Of a stretch of 64,000 nt of DNA, positions 12,323 through 25,450 are shown piece after piece. Position 1 is the stretch's first letter, and each line of letters opens with the position of its first letter. Below the pieces are notes generated by a model. That model saw only the letters and a program-made list of their open reading frames with translations, searched no databases and was not told where the DNA came from. Source of the DNA: Octopus vulgaris (lineage: Eukaryota). A program made the position numbers and the translations under genes. The stretch covers positions 120,962,001 to 121,026,000 of the forward strand of contig OX597815.1 in NCBI GenBank assembly GCA_951406725.2, written 5' to 3'.

Positions 12323-13749
12323 ACTAACTCAAGATTCTAAATACATTTTTTCTGCTTCCAACTATTTTCATTTTCCCACAGGATATTCTGTCAAATTACT
12401 TTGTTATTTTTTTTGTGTGTATGTTCTTTTTTCTTTTTGTCTATTTTCTACTATGTTCATATTGTTTAGTAATCTATTAATTATCTTTCAAAATAAAGAT
12501 AAGCTTATCATTGCTTTAAACCTAAGGTTAAATATTCAAATTTTTTTTTTATTCAGAAAGTAATTGCTATCAATGAATACACTTTCCACTTGATATCGCT
12601 TCCTAGTTTTCAGAATAGACCCCTTTCTTCCTGCTTACAATCTGTTTCCCTAATTATTTATTTATTCACTTATTTATTTATTTATTTTTTAAATTTTTCA
12701 TACAGCTGTCAATACCACATCACTTGTTCAGATAATTGAACATAGCACTTAGGAGTCACACACATGTTACAAGGCTAAATGCCCTTCTCAAGTGTAGTGG
12801 TGGTGATGGTGATGGTGGTGGTGGTTTTGGTGGTGGTGGTAATAGTGCAAGGTGGGTAGACAACTTTACAAGGGATATTTTAACAAAAGACTCCTGGGAA
12901 AGCAGTGGCTCTATTTGGTTCTTAATAAAAAAGTTGTATTGAATCCAAGATCAGGAGTTCTTTGTCAGCTTGACAGCATTAGCATTATAGTAAGTTAAGC
13001 ATAGAGCTATGGACCAGAGGGTGTCAACAATATGTAACATATGCCAATATTCATCAATTTATCTATGAAACTTAAAATGAATATAATTACTTTAGTTAAA
13101 TAATGCCCCATCCAGTAACAAGTATTAATAGTTTGATAAATGACTCAGTAAGTTCAAAAAAAAAAGAGAAAAAAAAGAAAAGGTAAAAATCAACTAAAGA
13201 TATACCACACAAATAAGTAACATCTGGAGCTGAATAAAAAGCTTTATGAATTTTTGAGAATGATATGTTTCATTGCATACATTAACAAATTTTATAGCAT
13301 TTTATCTGTCTTTATGTTTGTGTCTTATTTTTATGAAACAGCTTTTTGTTGGTTTTTTTTTCCATGATCTGCATTTGCATTGTTTAAACGTTTCATATAC
13401 CATAATATTCTGTTATTAATTCATCATTATAATTATCAGAGATCCTCCTCCTCCTCCTTATAATCATCATCATCATCATCACCAACATCACTATTTTAGC
13501 AACTACTTTTATTTTTGCTTGCCTGAAGCAAGTAGAATTTCTTTGTTGAGAAATATTTTCTATGGTTAGATGTCCTTCCTGTTATAAACCCTCACTTGAT
13601 TCCAAGCAAACTAATATTTCTCCATGATTGGACATGTTTATATGAAATTTGCAAATGAATGGCACTGCTTGTATGATAGTGGTACTCATTTACAACTATT
13701 GCATGATGTCAACACAAAGAAGCACAAAAATACACACACACACACACAC

Positions 13750-15235
13750 AGAAGGTGCACACCAGAAGTTTTGAGATATTTGAGGAGAGATCTATTAATT
13801 TCAAAGAAATACAAAACTCTAATCTCCTTCAAAGCAGGATCTTCTGGCTGCAATTCACTTGTTACAGTATGCTAACCACCTCGTGAGAACCCCATTGAAG
13901 ACCAGGACTCTTATCATGACTTTCTTCATCTTCTCAACGACTTCAAAATGACTGCTTCAAAGGTTCTTATTCAGTTTAACCCTTTCGTTACCAACCCGGC
14001 TGAAACCAGCTCTGGCTGTATAGTATAAATGTCTTGTTTTCAAAAGTTTTGAATTAAAATCTTCCACCAAACCTTACTCACAATTTATGTTCCTAACACT
14101 AACTTAGATAACTAAGTTATTTTACTAAATTCTTTGTTATATTTAAAGTAATTGAAAGAAACACAGAGAATCTCAAAATAAATACACTAACGAAAGGGTT
14201 AAGGAACAACGAAATGTCTTAGGGAGAAAGGTTTTGACTGTAGGAGGATGAGGGACAATTTTGGTGTCCATGTCTATCAAGTAGTTGGCACCAGGCTGAG
14301 ATTGTGGAATGATGCACAGTCCTGGTGCTACTAACTCATTTGGAAGAGCAGGGGGCTTTTGCAATGAAATCTGTCTCTAAACTTCCTTAAAACCTCTACA
14401 AAGTACTCTTAGAACATCATCTGGCCAGAGGGAACCCAACGGATGTAGGTGATACTCTTGCTGTCTAAAAAGAGTACCGTAATGAGTTTCCCAACTGACT
14501 TGCTTTCCTAGTGTTCTTTGATCTGGGGGGAGCCAGAATATTTCCATTGGCTACTTTGTCACTTGAACCCTGGATCATAACTGTGGTTCCAGCTTTTATC
14601 ACAGTCCATCAAGGACTCAAGCACTCTACGTAATGAGCTCAGCCATCTCTTGGCTGTCACCAACACGTCTTCCTTCTGTTCATCACTGAGCACCCTGGAA
14701 ACAAACTTTGTATGAATTTTTGCATGTTCAGATCTTTATGAATAATTCTGTGCACAATTGCCGCATCAACCCCAAACTGTATGCTTATTGTCTTTGTAGA
14801 CACACAAAGGTTTCCATCCTGTAAATTGGGAATTTCCACAACTAGCTCTGATGTCTCTCTCTCTTCCACACCTTACATCATCTCCCATCTCTTCACTACC
14901 ATCTTTGAACCAGCTTACTGGGGAAAAACAGATGCTCAGCTCAACTTAATCCATAAGCAGTCTAAAGCAGTTCATTAGTTTCTGCACTGTTTTTTATCCA
15001 GTTTAGCACAAAATTTTATTGTATAGTGAACTTCCACATTGCCTTCACGTCCCAACAACATTTTGCAAACTACTCAACTGTGACAAGCAGTATTTAATAA
15101 AGTGTGTCCGAAGTGATGTTAACTATTTTCTTCAATCTAGAATAAAAAGTTGACAGGTCAGCTTATCAGATATACAGTAATGGTATATTAAATTTCAATA
15201 ATCTAGGATAGTCTCATAACTTTTAGAAGATGCAG
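13750..15235 (-). mobile_element. Degenerate Tc1/mariner element (transposase pseudogene), interrupted by a piggyBac MITE
   Basis: ORF 14657..14869 ISIQFGVDAAIVHRIIHKDLNMQK (HTH region); ORF 14173..14364 NYLIDMDTKIVPHPP (region before YSPDLAP). Confidence 0.7.
13980..14198 (+). mobile_element. piggyBac-type MITE
   Basis: TTAA target duplications (13976-13979, 14199-14202) and TIR CCCTTTCGTTA / TAACGAAAGGG. Confidence 0.9.
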
Positions 15236-15245
15236 TTACACCTCA

Positions 15246-15279
<34 letters not shown>

Positions 15280-15315
15280 TACATATAGACATATGTAAAT
15301 ACATACATACATATG

Positions 15316-15372
<57 letters not shown>

Positions 15373-15376
<4 letters not shown>

Positions 15377-15582
15377 GAGGGGTGCTGAAAAGTTCTTGGC
15401 TTTGGGCAAAAAAAAGTCAGTTAATTATGATTTCATTCAACATATTCCCCTCTCAGATTCACACATTTATTGCAATGGTCCTTCTGTCCTTGTAAGCCCT
15501 GTAAATGAACTTGGAAGGTTGGACCTCCAAGCAGACATTTCCCAATACCCTTAGAGTCAGGAGCTTTTCAGCACCCCATCAT
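15373..15582. mobile_element. Mariner-derived MITE
   Basis: TIRs ggggtgctgaaaagttcttggct / agtcaggagcttttcagcacccc, in CA/TA microsatellite. Confidence 0.75.
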
Positions 15583-17021
15583 ATATATATATATGATGGC
15601 TGCAAACTCATGTTTAAGTATTGACATTGCCTGATCAAAAGTCCCACACATGTGAAAGCTACAACCAGCCATTTTTGTGATAATTCTTACTTTTTTCAAG
15701 TGATGCCTGTGCATGATGATTTTTTTTTTATAGTGAGGAAAGGGTTTACACAAATCTAATCCCACTCTCTGAACATGGACAACATAAACTCAAAAAGAAG
15801 AACTAGTCTACATCACTGAATATTACCAGTGTCACAGGTTTTCTCTCAGAGTTTCCCTCTCCTTGAGATATGTTGTGACAACAAAAGAGGGATCTCCTAC
15901 TCCCAGTGGGCCAACTGTGTGCCTGAATGCCAATCCAGGTATTTCAACATCCCTGCGCATACATGCATGCATACATACATACACATGTACACATATTGAC
16001 AGTTTTATTTTTCATCCTGCAGGGTGTCCAACAATCACCCGCCCTCACCAAACAAGATTACTTTAATTGCCAACGACCTGACCATGCAACAGGTTGTACT
16101 GAATTACATGTTACCAGTAGAGTAACCTGACATATATATATATATATACACATACATATATTAAAGATAAAGAGAGAAAATTTCATGTTTTTTTTCTGAG
16201 ATGACCACACTAGTCTGAAAAAGATATAGGCATGTATGCATTGCTGTGTTAAAGAGAATTAGTCTAGTGAAGCAAAAAGGGCAAGCTCCCTGTTGAAAAG
16301 TTTCAAAGTCCAACAGGACAATGATAGAAATTTGGAGAAGGAGAAAAATAAAGAAATAATCTTGTTTATAACATCTACTTTTCCAAACACACACACTCTA
16401 ATACATGCACACACCACAGAACTATGTGGCTGGAAAACTAACTCGTTAATTTCACCCTCATACCTGTACCTTCAATTAAAAAAATAAGATAAACTATATT
16501 TTATGACCTCTAACTCATCAATTTTCTTCTATTGTGACCTACAGTAATATAATAAATAATTGGTATTTCCTTGAGAGAAATAAACTGTTAAAATATTAAA
16601 AATCTAAAGAAAAAATAAAGTCTAGAAAACATGGCCAACATTCATGCGTTAGATTCGGTTTATGTTGGGAACATCTACAACAATCATTCAACCAAACAGA
16701 TTAGCTACTAAATTCCTCCAAAAAGAAATATCTATCAATTTAAATTTTGAAAATATCTCTGAGATCTTTCATAGAATAAATTAAATATTAGGTGTTGCAC
16801 TTTGCAACCCTATCAAACAATAACTGAGCAAATAAGATAGATATTTAAGAATAGACTACTGTAGTACAAAAAAAAAAAGAGTTAATCAATAAATAATCAA
16901 TACTTTAAGATTCTAACACAGAATTCAACTGAAATTGATTTATCTTTACATTTTAACTTTTATCTTCTGAGAACCTAAGCATTTGAATTATTTTGTACTA
17001 TATCTATAATATAAATGACAG

Positions 17022-17061
<40 letters not shown>

Positions 17062-17113
17062 ATGTGTGTGTGTGTGCGTGCATGTGTACGTGCACGTGTG
17101 TTTGTGTGTAAGT

Positions 17114-17265
17114 GCAGGTATGGCTCTGTAGTTAAGAAAGTCCTATGTGGTTTGCAGCCATGAGGTTTTGGGTTCAGTTCTACTTTATAGCACTTTGAGA
17201 AAGTATCTTCCACCATAGCCTCAAGCCAACCAATGCCTTCTGAGTAAATTTGGTAGGAAAATTGG
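17114..17265 (+). mobile_element. tRNA-derived SINE, family B
   Basis: tggctctgtagttaagaa..gggttcagttc..tcttccaccatagcctc..gagtaaatttggtag; further copies near 2860, 19150, 19745, 44910, 45125, 62790. Confidence 0.7.
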
Positions 17266-17944
17266 ATGTGTGCATGTATATATAAATATATAAAATACTC
17301 ATTAAGTATAGGACATCACCAACGAGTGAAAAACATGTAAACACACGAGAGATAAGTACAGGGACAAAATACCAAAAGATGATAACTCGCTCATCAGTTG
17401 GTGACTGTTTTACTACTCCCTGTTTCATGCTTTTAATGACAAGATAGGAAAACTTCATAAAACAACATCATTGAGAAATTTTACATATATAAAATTTGTG
17501 GAGAGTTAGGATTTTGAACAAACAAACAAACAACAACAGAGTGGACGTACAAAGTAAATGATCAATAAAAACAAGCATTAAGGGCCTTTAGGCCAAGAAT
17601 TGTAATGGGTATTGCCTGGGAGAAATTTTTAAAGGAAATAGAATAGAAGAGAAGAAAATAGGAGAGAAAAAATATCAGGAGATGAGAGAAATGACATCTT
17701 ATATATATATAAAGTTAACTGACTCTCAATAATATTACTGTTTAAGAATTATACATACATACATACTCCATGCTGGTATGGGCTGGACACTTTGAAAGGA
17801 TCTAGTGCATCCAAGGACTACATCATGTTTTAGTGTCTGCTTTGGCATGGTTTCTAAGTCTTGATGCCCTTCCTAATGCCGTGTGTGTGTGTGTATGTGT
17901 GTTGTACTGGGTTACATGTTACCAGTAGCACCCAAGAGCGACCT

Positions 17945-18008
<64 letters not shown>

Positions 18009-18064
18009 ATTTAGAGACAAACTGCTATTTAGTTATTCAATCAATATTGAAAAGGTATTATCTA

Positions 18065-18605
18065 TTGGGTTGTCCGATTTATAGTAGCTTACCTTTCGAC
18101 TTATTTTAAAACATGGTTGAGTCCATAAAATAGGATTTGTCTATGCCTCCATTTAGAGTACAGTTTAAGCTATCTTTTCATGGAAGAAGGTTTATGTTCC
18201 TATAACCTGTGTTAATTCTGTAACCCTTTAAAATGGGTTACATTTCTGGCACTTGATGCTTTGGGGACCAGACAAAAATTGCTGCAACTCGGCTGGGATG
18301 TGTTACCCCACACTCCATATTCACCAAATATTGCTCCTTCGGATTTCCACTTATTCAGGTCTCTGCAGAATAGTCTTAATGGTAAAAATTTCAATTCCTT
18401 GGATGGCGTAAAAAGATACTTGATGAATTCTTTGCCATGAAACCACCTCAATTGTGGAAAGAGGGTATTTTCAAGTCAAAGGAAAGATGGAGATGCATTG
18501 TGCAACAAAATGGTTCATATCTGGTTGATTAAAAATGTAATGGCAAGTATTTATTGGCCTTTTTCTTTCCTTTAAAAATTGGCACGGACTTTCCAGACAA
18601 CCCAA
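18065..18605 (+). mobile_element. Internally deleted mariner
   Basis: TA-flanked TIRs ttgggttgtc / gacaacccaa; + strand RQKLLQLGWDVLPHTPYSPNIAPSDFHLFRSLQNSLNGK. Confidence 0.85.
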
Positions 18606-18648
18606 TATAACACCTACATAGAAATTAATTAAATATATTATTAATCTA

Positions 18649-18725
<77 letters not shown>

Positions 18726-18812
18726 GAATTTTTAAACAGTAATATTTGATTTAAATTGAATTATTTTTCCCTGTTGGCTTGGAATTTTTATATTCCCTAA
18801 CTATTAATAATA

Positions 18813-18865
<53 letters not shown>

Positions 18866-18871
18866 ATATAT

Positions 18872-19062
18872 AAATCCCCAAAAAAACAAGAACAAGAAAA
18901 AAACAACAACGCTAGGACATGGTACATGCAAAGTATTAGAAGACACTCAGGAAGGAAAGGTAGTTTTATGTTTCAAGCAAAGCTCTTCATCAGAAATAGG
19001 TGATGGATGAAAGTCCAAGAGAAAAGGAAGACAGAAAAAAAAATCACCAATGATCCACATGA
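18872..19062 (-). mobile_element. Solo ~190-bp HHR-containing unit (PLE pLTR-like / retrozyme-like); HHR at 18963-18997
   Basis: Reverse complement ttt-CTGATGA-a-gagc-ttt-gctt-GAAA-ca-TA-aaa; homologous along its length to 50668-50862; abuts (TA)n. Confidence 0.75.
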
Positions 19063-19997
19063 TAAAGAGAGAAAATAGCATGTTTTTTTATGAAATGACC
19101 ACACTAATCTGCAATAGATATAGGTATATATATATATACAATCTCCAGCTTAGGTCAGCTTGAGGCCATAGTAGAAGATACTTGTGCAAGATGCCCACAA
19201 GTGGGATAGAACCCAAAGTCATGTGGTCAGCAACTAAACTTTTCAACCACACTGCCCTATCTGCTTCTCTATTGTTCTGATATGCTGTGTCAGGAAAACT
19301 TCAGAAGATGGTTACAGTTGGACTGTCTTTGTTTATAAGTTTACTCAATCTGAGCTGACTTGGGGGTGAAATAAAAGCATCTTTTGTTTCCCAGAACTCA
19401 TACTAAAGAATTAGAAAAATTTGTGCTTTACTTCATGAATCTGATTTTTTTGAAAAACAAGGAATACAATTTAGAAACTATAGTAACAATTTCCCAAACT
19501 CTTGAATAGAGAAAGTAAATCTATAAAGGGTTCATATGTAGAGGTCAGCAGTAAGACAGAATAGACATGTGTTTTTGTGGGTTTTTTCTCAGCTTCTTGA
19601 TCATATGCTAAAATGGACATTAATTCTTATCTGCAGAATAGCTACAATGAAATAGTAAACAGAACACAGTATCTCTCTCTTCCAACCAATATATATTTTT
19701 TTCTCTTTCACATATAAAATTAGGCATAGCTTTGTGGTTAAAAGTTGTAGGCATAGCTGTGTGATCAAGAAACCCACTTTGAAACCATTTAGTATCAGGT
19801 TCAGTTCTACTGTGTGTCACCTTGGTCGAGTTTCTTCTAACCCAGGCCAACCTATGCCTTGTAAGTGAATTTGACAGATGTAAACTGTATGGAAGTCCAC
19901 CATGTGTATATATGAGTGTGTATCGTTGTGTCTCTGTGTTTGTTCTCACCACCACCACCACCACTATCATGTGCGTAATTATATACATATACATATG

Positions 19998-21975
19998 TGT
20001 GAAGGTCTGGAAACATTGAATATTAACTTTGGAACTTCATGGTTTTGAACTGCAAGAAACTGATACAAAAACAGTTTCTTTATGGATGACCTGAAATATA
20101 TTCCAAGAACATGGAGGGCATGAAAGAAGGCCTTGGTCTAGATACAACATTTTTCAAAAAATATAGAGGTGGAGTTTGACTGGAATATATACTCATACAT
20201 AACTGTAAAGTGAGGAAGAACTATAAGCCCATCTAATGACACAACTATTAATGACCTGACTATTTCACCAATACCTGACAAGGAATTCTACAGGTACTTA
20301 AGAATAAATTAAAATATTTCCTTTGATGGAACTTGTTACAAGGAACATAAAACCAGGGAATATAACACCAGGATAAAGAAAATATGATCCTCAGAACTTT
20401 TCACATGCTATAAATTGACAGCCCACAGCCCTCAGCCCACAATGTATTTATCATATCAGTGCTCATACCAATATTTGTGCAATATGATAGAACACTAGAT
20501 GTGGTCTGGCTATCTGGCTACTGATGTTAAATCCCACAAATTGTTAGCCGGCACCAGGAATTTCCACATCAACAATGATGTCGCCCTTCTTTACTTAGAA
20601 TGAAAACAAGGCAGTAAAGGCTTGACATTGATCCATACAGCCTTTGAATGTTACATCATGTTCTTTCAACAATGTCCACTAATAAACAAATGTTGAAGTC
20701 CTGTCATGGATCAAGTCTGCATATGAGAGGTCAATAACATCATGTGAGCTGGATAAGAATGTTTCAAAGGGTATTCATTGACTGATAGCTTAAGATATAA
20801 ATCCACAGAAGTTGCACAACTTTACTGCAAAAGGTCATCAGAAGAGAAGATGCAGACATATCAGCAAAAAGTCATACATAACTATATTCCTAGGATGTTT
20901 CAAGTTATAGCAAAATTGACAACCAGTATAGCCTATCTTGGACTAACAAGCAAGATGTTAACTCTCTGTCTGAAATATAGGCTTTTGCAATACAGGAGCT
21001 AGAATTAGTCACAAAATACTTGGTGCATAAAAGAGATAGGAATGCTGGTAAACTAAGCAGATTGATCAAGGTTTGCAGAACTAACATTGGGGATGTCACC
21101 CACATCATATGTAGTTGTCTGAAAATGTTCTCACAGTATTACTTAAATGATGTCACAGCCAGATCAGTGTATAATGAAATTTGTAGAAAGAATAATCTGA
21201 AGGAGTCAATTATAAGAAGCTACAGTAGAGAGTGTAACCACACATAATTTAAAAGAATACTTGTAGAATGACCTTGTCAAGACTTCAATAAAATGTAAGC
21301 ACAACAGACCAGACAAAATGATCTGGGTAGGAGAAAAGAAACTATGCATAGGGGTGGAAATCACTGGCCTGGCAGATGTCAGCATGATGTTGTCTGTCTT
21401 TACATTCTGAGTTCAAATTCCACCAAGGTCGACTTTGCCTTTTATTCTTTCAGGGTTGGTAAATTAAGTACCAGTTGCGTCCTGGGATCGATCTAATCCA
21501 CTGGCCCCCTCCCCCAAATTTCAGGCCTTGTGCCTAGAGTAGAAAAAGATGTCAGCATGATGTTAAAGTTTAGTAAAAACTGAGAACATTTACTTGAACT
21601 GATGAGAAACCTGCAGGTACTCTTTTGGGGCCAAAAATAATTGGATTAATAATATAGGATTAACTGTCACATTATAATAATATGGGATTAACTGCCTCGT
21701 TATTTATCTTGAGAAGCTATGATCCACAAAACATGCCTGATCAGAAGATTACAAGTTGACAAAGGTACTATAAGAATATGCAAAACATGCACAAAATTCA
21801 GCATGCAATAAGATCCTTATATGCAATGTCATCCATGACTGCACTGATGTGTGCATGTGCACACATACATATATGTATATATACAAGACTACCCTTTGAT
21901 GCCTAAATTCCAATGAAAATATTTTGCTTCAAGGTTAGAAACCAGCTATTTTCTCAATAGTGAGACATTCAAAAA
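19998..21975 (+). mobile_element. Highly degenerate RLE non-LTR retrotransposon related to 490-1240
   Basis: CRTNIGDVTHIICSC (zinc knuckle), DVTARSVYNEIC, KCKHNRPDK; 3' motif gaaaccagct shared with 1204-1213; flanked by TACA repeats. Confidence 0.7.
21392..21546 (+). mobile_element. 5'-truncated SINE family A copy with 18-bp target-site duplication
   Basis: AGATGTCAGCATGATGTT at 21374-21391 and 21547-21564. Confidence 0.9.
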
Positions 21976-22841
21976 ATAATACCCAGAAAGAACATACATA
22001 CATGCACACACATGTACATACATACATACCCTTATTCCATATGCACACTCTTTACCACTTCAATGGCACCCTATCTCCAGTTTGCATGAAGCATAATTGT
22101 GTAACAATGCGAAGTCACCAGAAAGATTAGTAAACAAACCCTAACATCCATAAAATAGTTACATAGAACCTCGTCCTTAATGTAGCATGTTAGAAAAGAA
22201 GACAAAATATTATTTTCCCATGTCACTAATGTTGTTCAGGAATAGAAATCTTTACAGACGAATTCACGCTGAAATTCATTCATAAAGACGGAAAATTATC
22301 TTCATACAATAGTATTTTTTTTATATATATATTTTTCAGATTGGACAGAACAAATCATTGTTATGTTAGCAGAAAGTTCACAAGGTGTGAATCCAACCTG
22401 ACTCTGCTATGAAACAGTTTAACAACAATATTTATGCTTCTTTGCGCAAAAGGTTTTATTGTAATGAAGAACAGGAAAGTTTAACTTTGAAAACTTCAAT
22501 TCAGTATTCTGTGACCTTTGTCAATGATGCCAACACATTTTCTTTTTCCATTACATCAATGCAAATATCAGGAAACAATTTTCATTTTCATTAAAAGTAG
22601 ACTACGCTAGGGTATGACCTTCTCAGCATTCAGCTGCTTTGTCATATCATATTTCAAAAATGTTTTATCTGTTCCTGAAAAAAACATTGAAGTTGCTTAT
22701 TTTAGCAATGCTTCTAATTTTCAAGGCTGGAGTGTGGGGAAAATATATGTGTATGTGTGTATGTACATGTATGTGTGTCTGTGTGTGTGAGAGAGTGTGT
22801 GCGTGTGTGTATGTATGTATGTGTGTGTGTATATATATATC

Positions 22842-22901
<60 letters not shown>

Positions 22902-24879
22902 ACTCTGTTATCAAGCAGTAAAGTAGTATTTTCATCAAATTGTTAATGAAAATAGAAAGATGGATAAAGCCAAAAGCAAATGAAAATTTCCACATGAGTA
23001 GATACTTTCTCGGTAAAGTTTCATTGTTCTCTCAGCCATAATGGTTGTAAGCAAAAACACAGCAAGTCGATGATTTCAAATGTAAAGACGAATTTTTCTT
23101 AACTGAAAGCTAATATAATATGAAATTATTCCTGAATTGTATTGCTGTGCTTGGCTAGCTTGCTAAGATAAATTTCATTTATTCACACACAGCTTTATTA
23201 ATTATTACTTACCGCTATTCACAAAGACAGAAATGTTTCACTTGCTTAGATTGTCATAAGCAATTAACATATATCGCTAATGATCAATTTGATGTTCATT
23301 TATAAAATTTCCACAATTGCCTTGAATATTATTCCTTACTCTTTCTCTTTCTTTCTTTCTGTTTTGTTTTTGATTTTGGTAACCACAGCAGCGAAAGAAG
23401 GAAAACTTAAAATAGATAAATAAAATTAAATTGTAATTTTAAATTAAAGCTATAATATTTTAGGCATTGTGCTTATCTCTGGTATTGTAAGGATAATAAA
23501 GTTTTATGTTTAGCTTTTAGATGTGATAACTCAATTTCAATACCTTCATATAATTATAACATTTCTTTAGAGTTTGGTATCATACCTAGCATGGCACCAA
23601 GATACTTATTTCTTGTAATCCTTCATTCCTTCCCCTCTGGCCAACATAAAGATAAATTATATGATTTGTGTTTGTTGTTGTTTTTATTGTTTCACATCAG
23701 GCAAGTTCTGATCAAGCAGACCTATATTAAAGTTGTTCTTACTCTAAACATCCCATCTTATTTTTAAATATAATATCTGTAGGTCTATGATATCTAGTGT
23801 GTGCCTTTTAAGACAGGTGTAATTTGAGAAAGATTCAACTGCTTTTTCCAGTATATCAGTCAACTTCAGAAGAGGCTTCCTCCCTAGCTTAAAGTGTTCT
23901 TATATGATTTATTAGTTGGCAAGAGTGAAGGATTAAACAAATAGCAATTACCCACAATTCAATCTTCAAAAGCCTGCCAACCAATGGATCACATACAACT
24001 AGACTACTATAAGACTGACAGATGATTGTGGTGATTAGTTATTCGGGTTTTGAATAAAGAAATACAAAATCAAAAGACAGGTTTGGAGAAACAAAGCATG
24101 GAAGTTAAACAGTTTTTTTTTGTCTAACAAAAGTATCTGAGGACACATGTTCCAATAGGAATCTAAAAAATCAATGGCAGTATCATAGAGAACAACTAGG
24201 CACCCTTTATGGAACAACATACAATAAACCATAGACTGGATATATGAATGAAGCTGACTTTCAGCTGAACAGCAGTGATATGGCCATAAAATAATACAGC
24301 ATATAGGGTTATAAAAGCTAAAAGACTGGCCTGAAAGAAGCAGGGACTGTGAACAAAAAAGTGATATCAAGAAGTGAGGTAAAAATCAAATTGAGGCATG
24401 TCTTGATTGAAGAGAAGCTGATCATGGATTTGCTATTTTGCATTAGAAGGCTGGCTTGTGTGAAATGTTCTAAACTGCAAATCATTGTGTTTGTATGAAT
24501 CTGAATATCAATGAAGGTGGGGAGTGTCAAACAAAATATAAAAAAAGACTAAACATAAAAGCTATTATGAGAAGTTGTTCAATTAAGAATATGAGAATGA
24601 CAGAAAGAGTGTACTCTGACTGGAACCAAAAGAGAGGGTGGCTATTGGATTTAGCTTCAGTTCGGTTTGTAAAGCTATTAAGAAGATGAAATCAATGTAA
24701 GCATCCATTCTGTCAGAGAGATAATGGTTGTGATGTTGAAAGCAACATTCAATATATATCACATTAGTTATTTGCTTAGTTAATAAAATAAAGAGGAAGA
24801 GGGTACCACTAGTGACTGGAAGTGCTATACATGCAAAGACAGACATTAGAGAGGAGCAATTATAGGGCCCTTAAACTTC

Positions 24880-25450
24880 AAAGTAGCTGAAATAGTTTAA
24901 GTAAAGTTAATTTAGAATATGATTGTATGGATAAGATGAAGTTTGTTTCATGTTGTGAAAATACAAATAACGTATTTCTGGTGAGATAACTGCCAGAAAA
25001 ATTCTAAGCAAAAGACAAACAATATTACTTTACTTTTGTTGATAAGGAAAAAGGTCTTTCACTGGCCCACTCCCTCTGTAGTGTGATGAGAGCAAAGAAA
25101 ATTAAGTGTAGATAAGCGGTTTCTATGAGTTGTACAAGTCATATATGAGGATGCTGTTAACAAGATTAGGATTAGCAGTGAGTTCAGTAAGGAATTTAAT
25201 GTACATGTCAATGTTTATCAAAATCATAATTCTCAGCCGCCATCTTTTATTAAATTTGTTGAGTTTAGGATTAGTTCTCCTTGAAAGTTGTGTTTACTGA
25301 CAACCTGGTTCCAAATCTAAAAGTATGGTTCAACTCAACATTACAAACTTATAAATTCTCGTTGGTAAGAAGGAGCAGAAAATTATTGCAACATTCAAGA
25401 TATGGTTTTGCTTCATAGAAAGAAATTGGCATGAACTTGACTCAGTATAC
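24880..25450 (+). mobile_element. Very degenerate RTE RT fragment
   Basis: ~25130 translates VVQVIYEDAVNKIRISSEFSKEFNVHVNVYQ, resembling the RTE region before GVHQG. Confidence 0.5.

Noticed and set aside
17290-17460. CTGATGA and GAAA motifs on the minus strand; also CTGATCA..GAAAgcTA at 15630-15665
   Set aside because: I could not build convincing stems; possibly decayed pLTRs but unsupported.
22339-22680. Splice-like signals on both strands
   Set aside because: Frames close quickly and no consistent gene model emerges.
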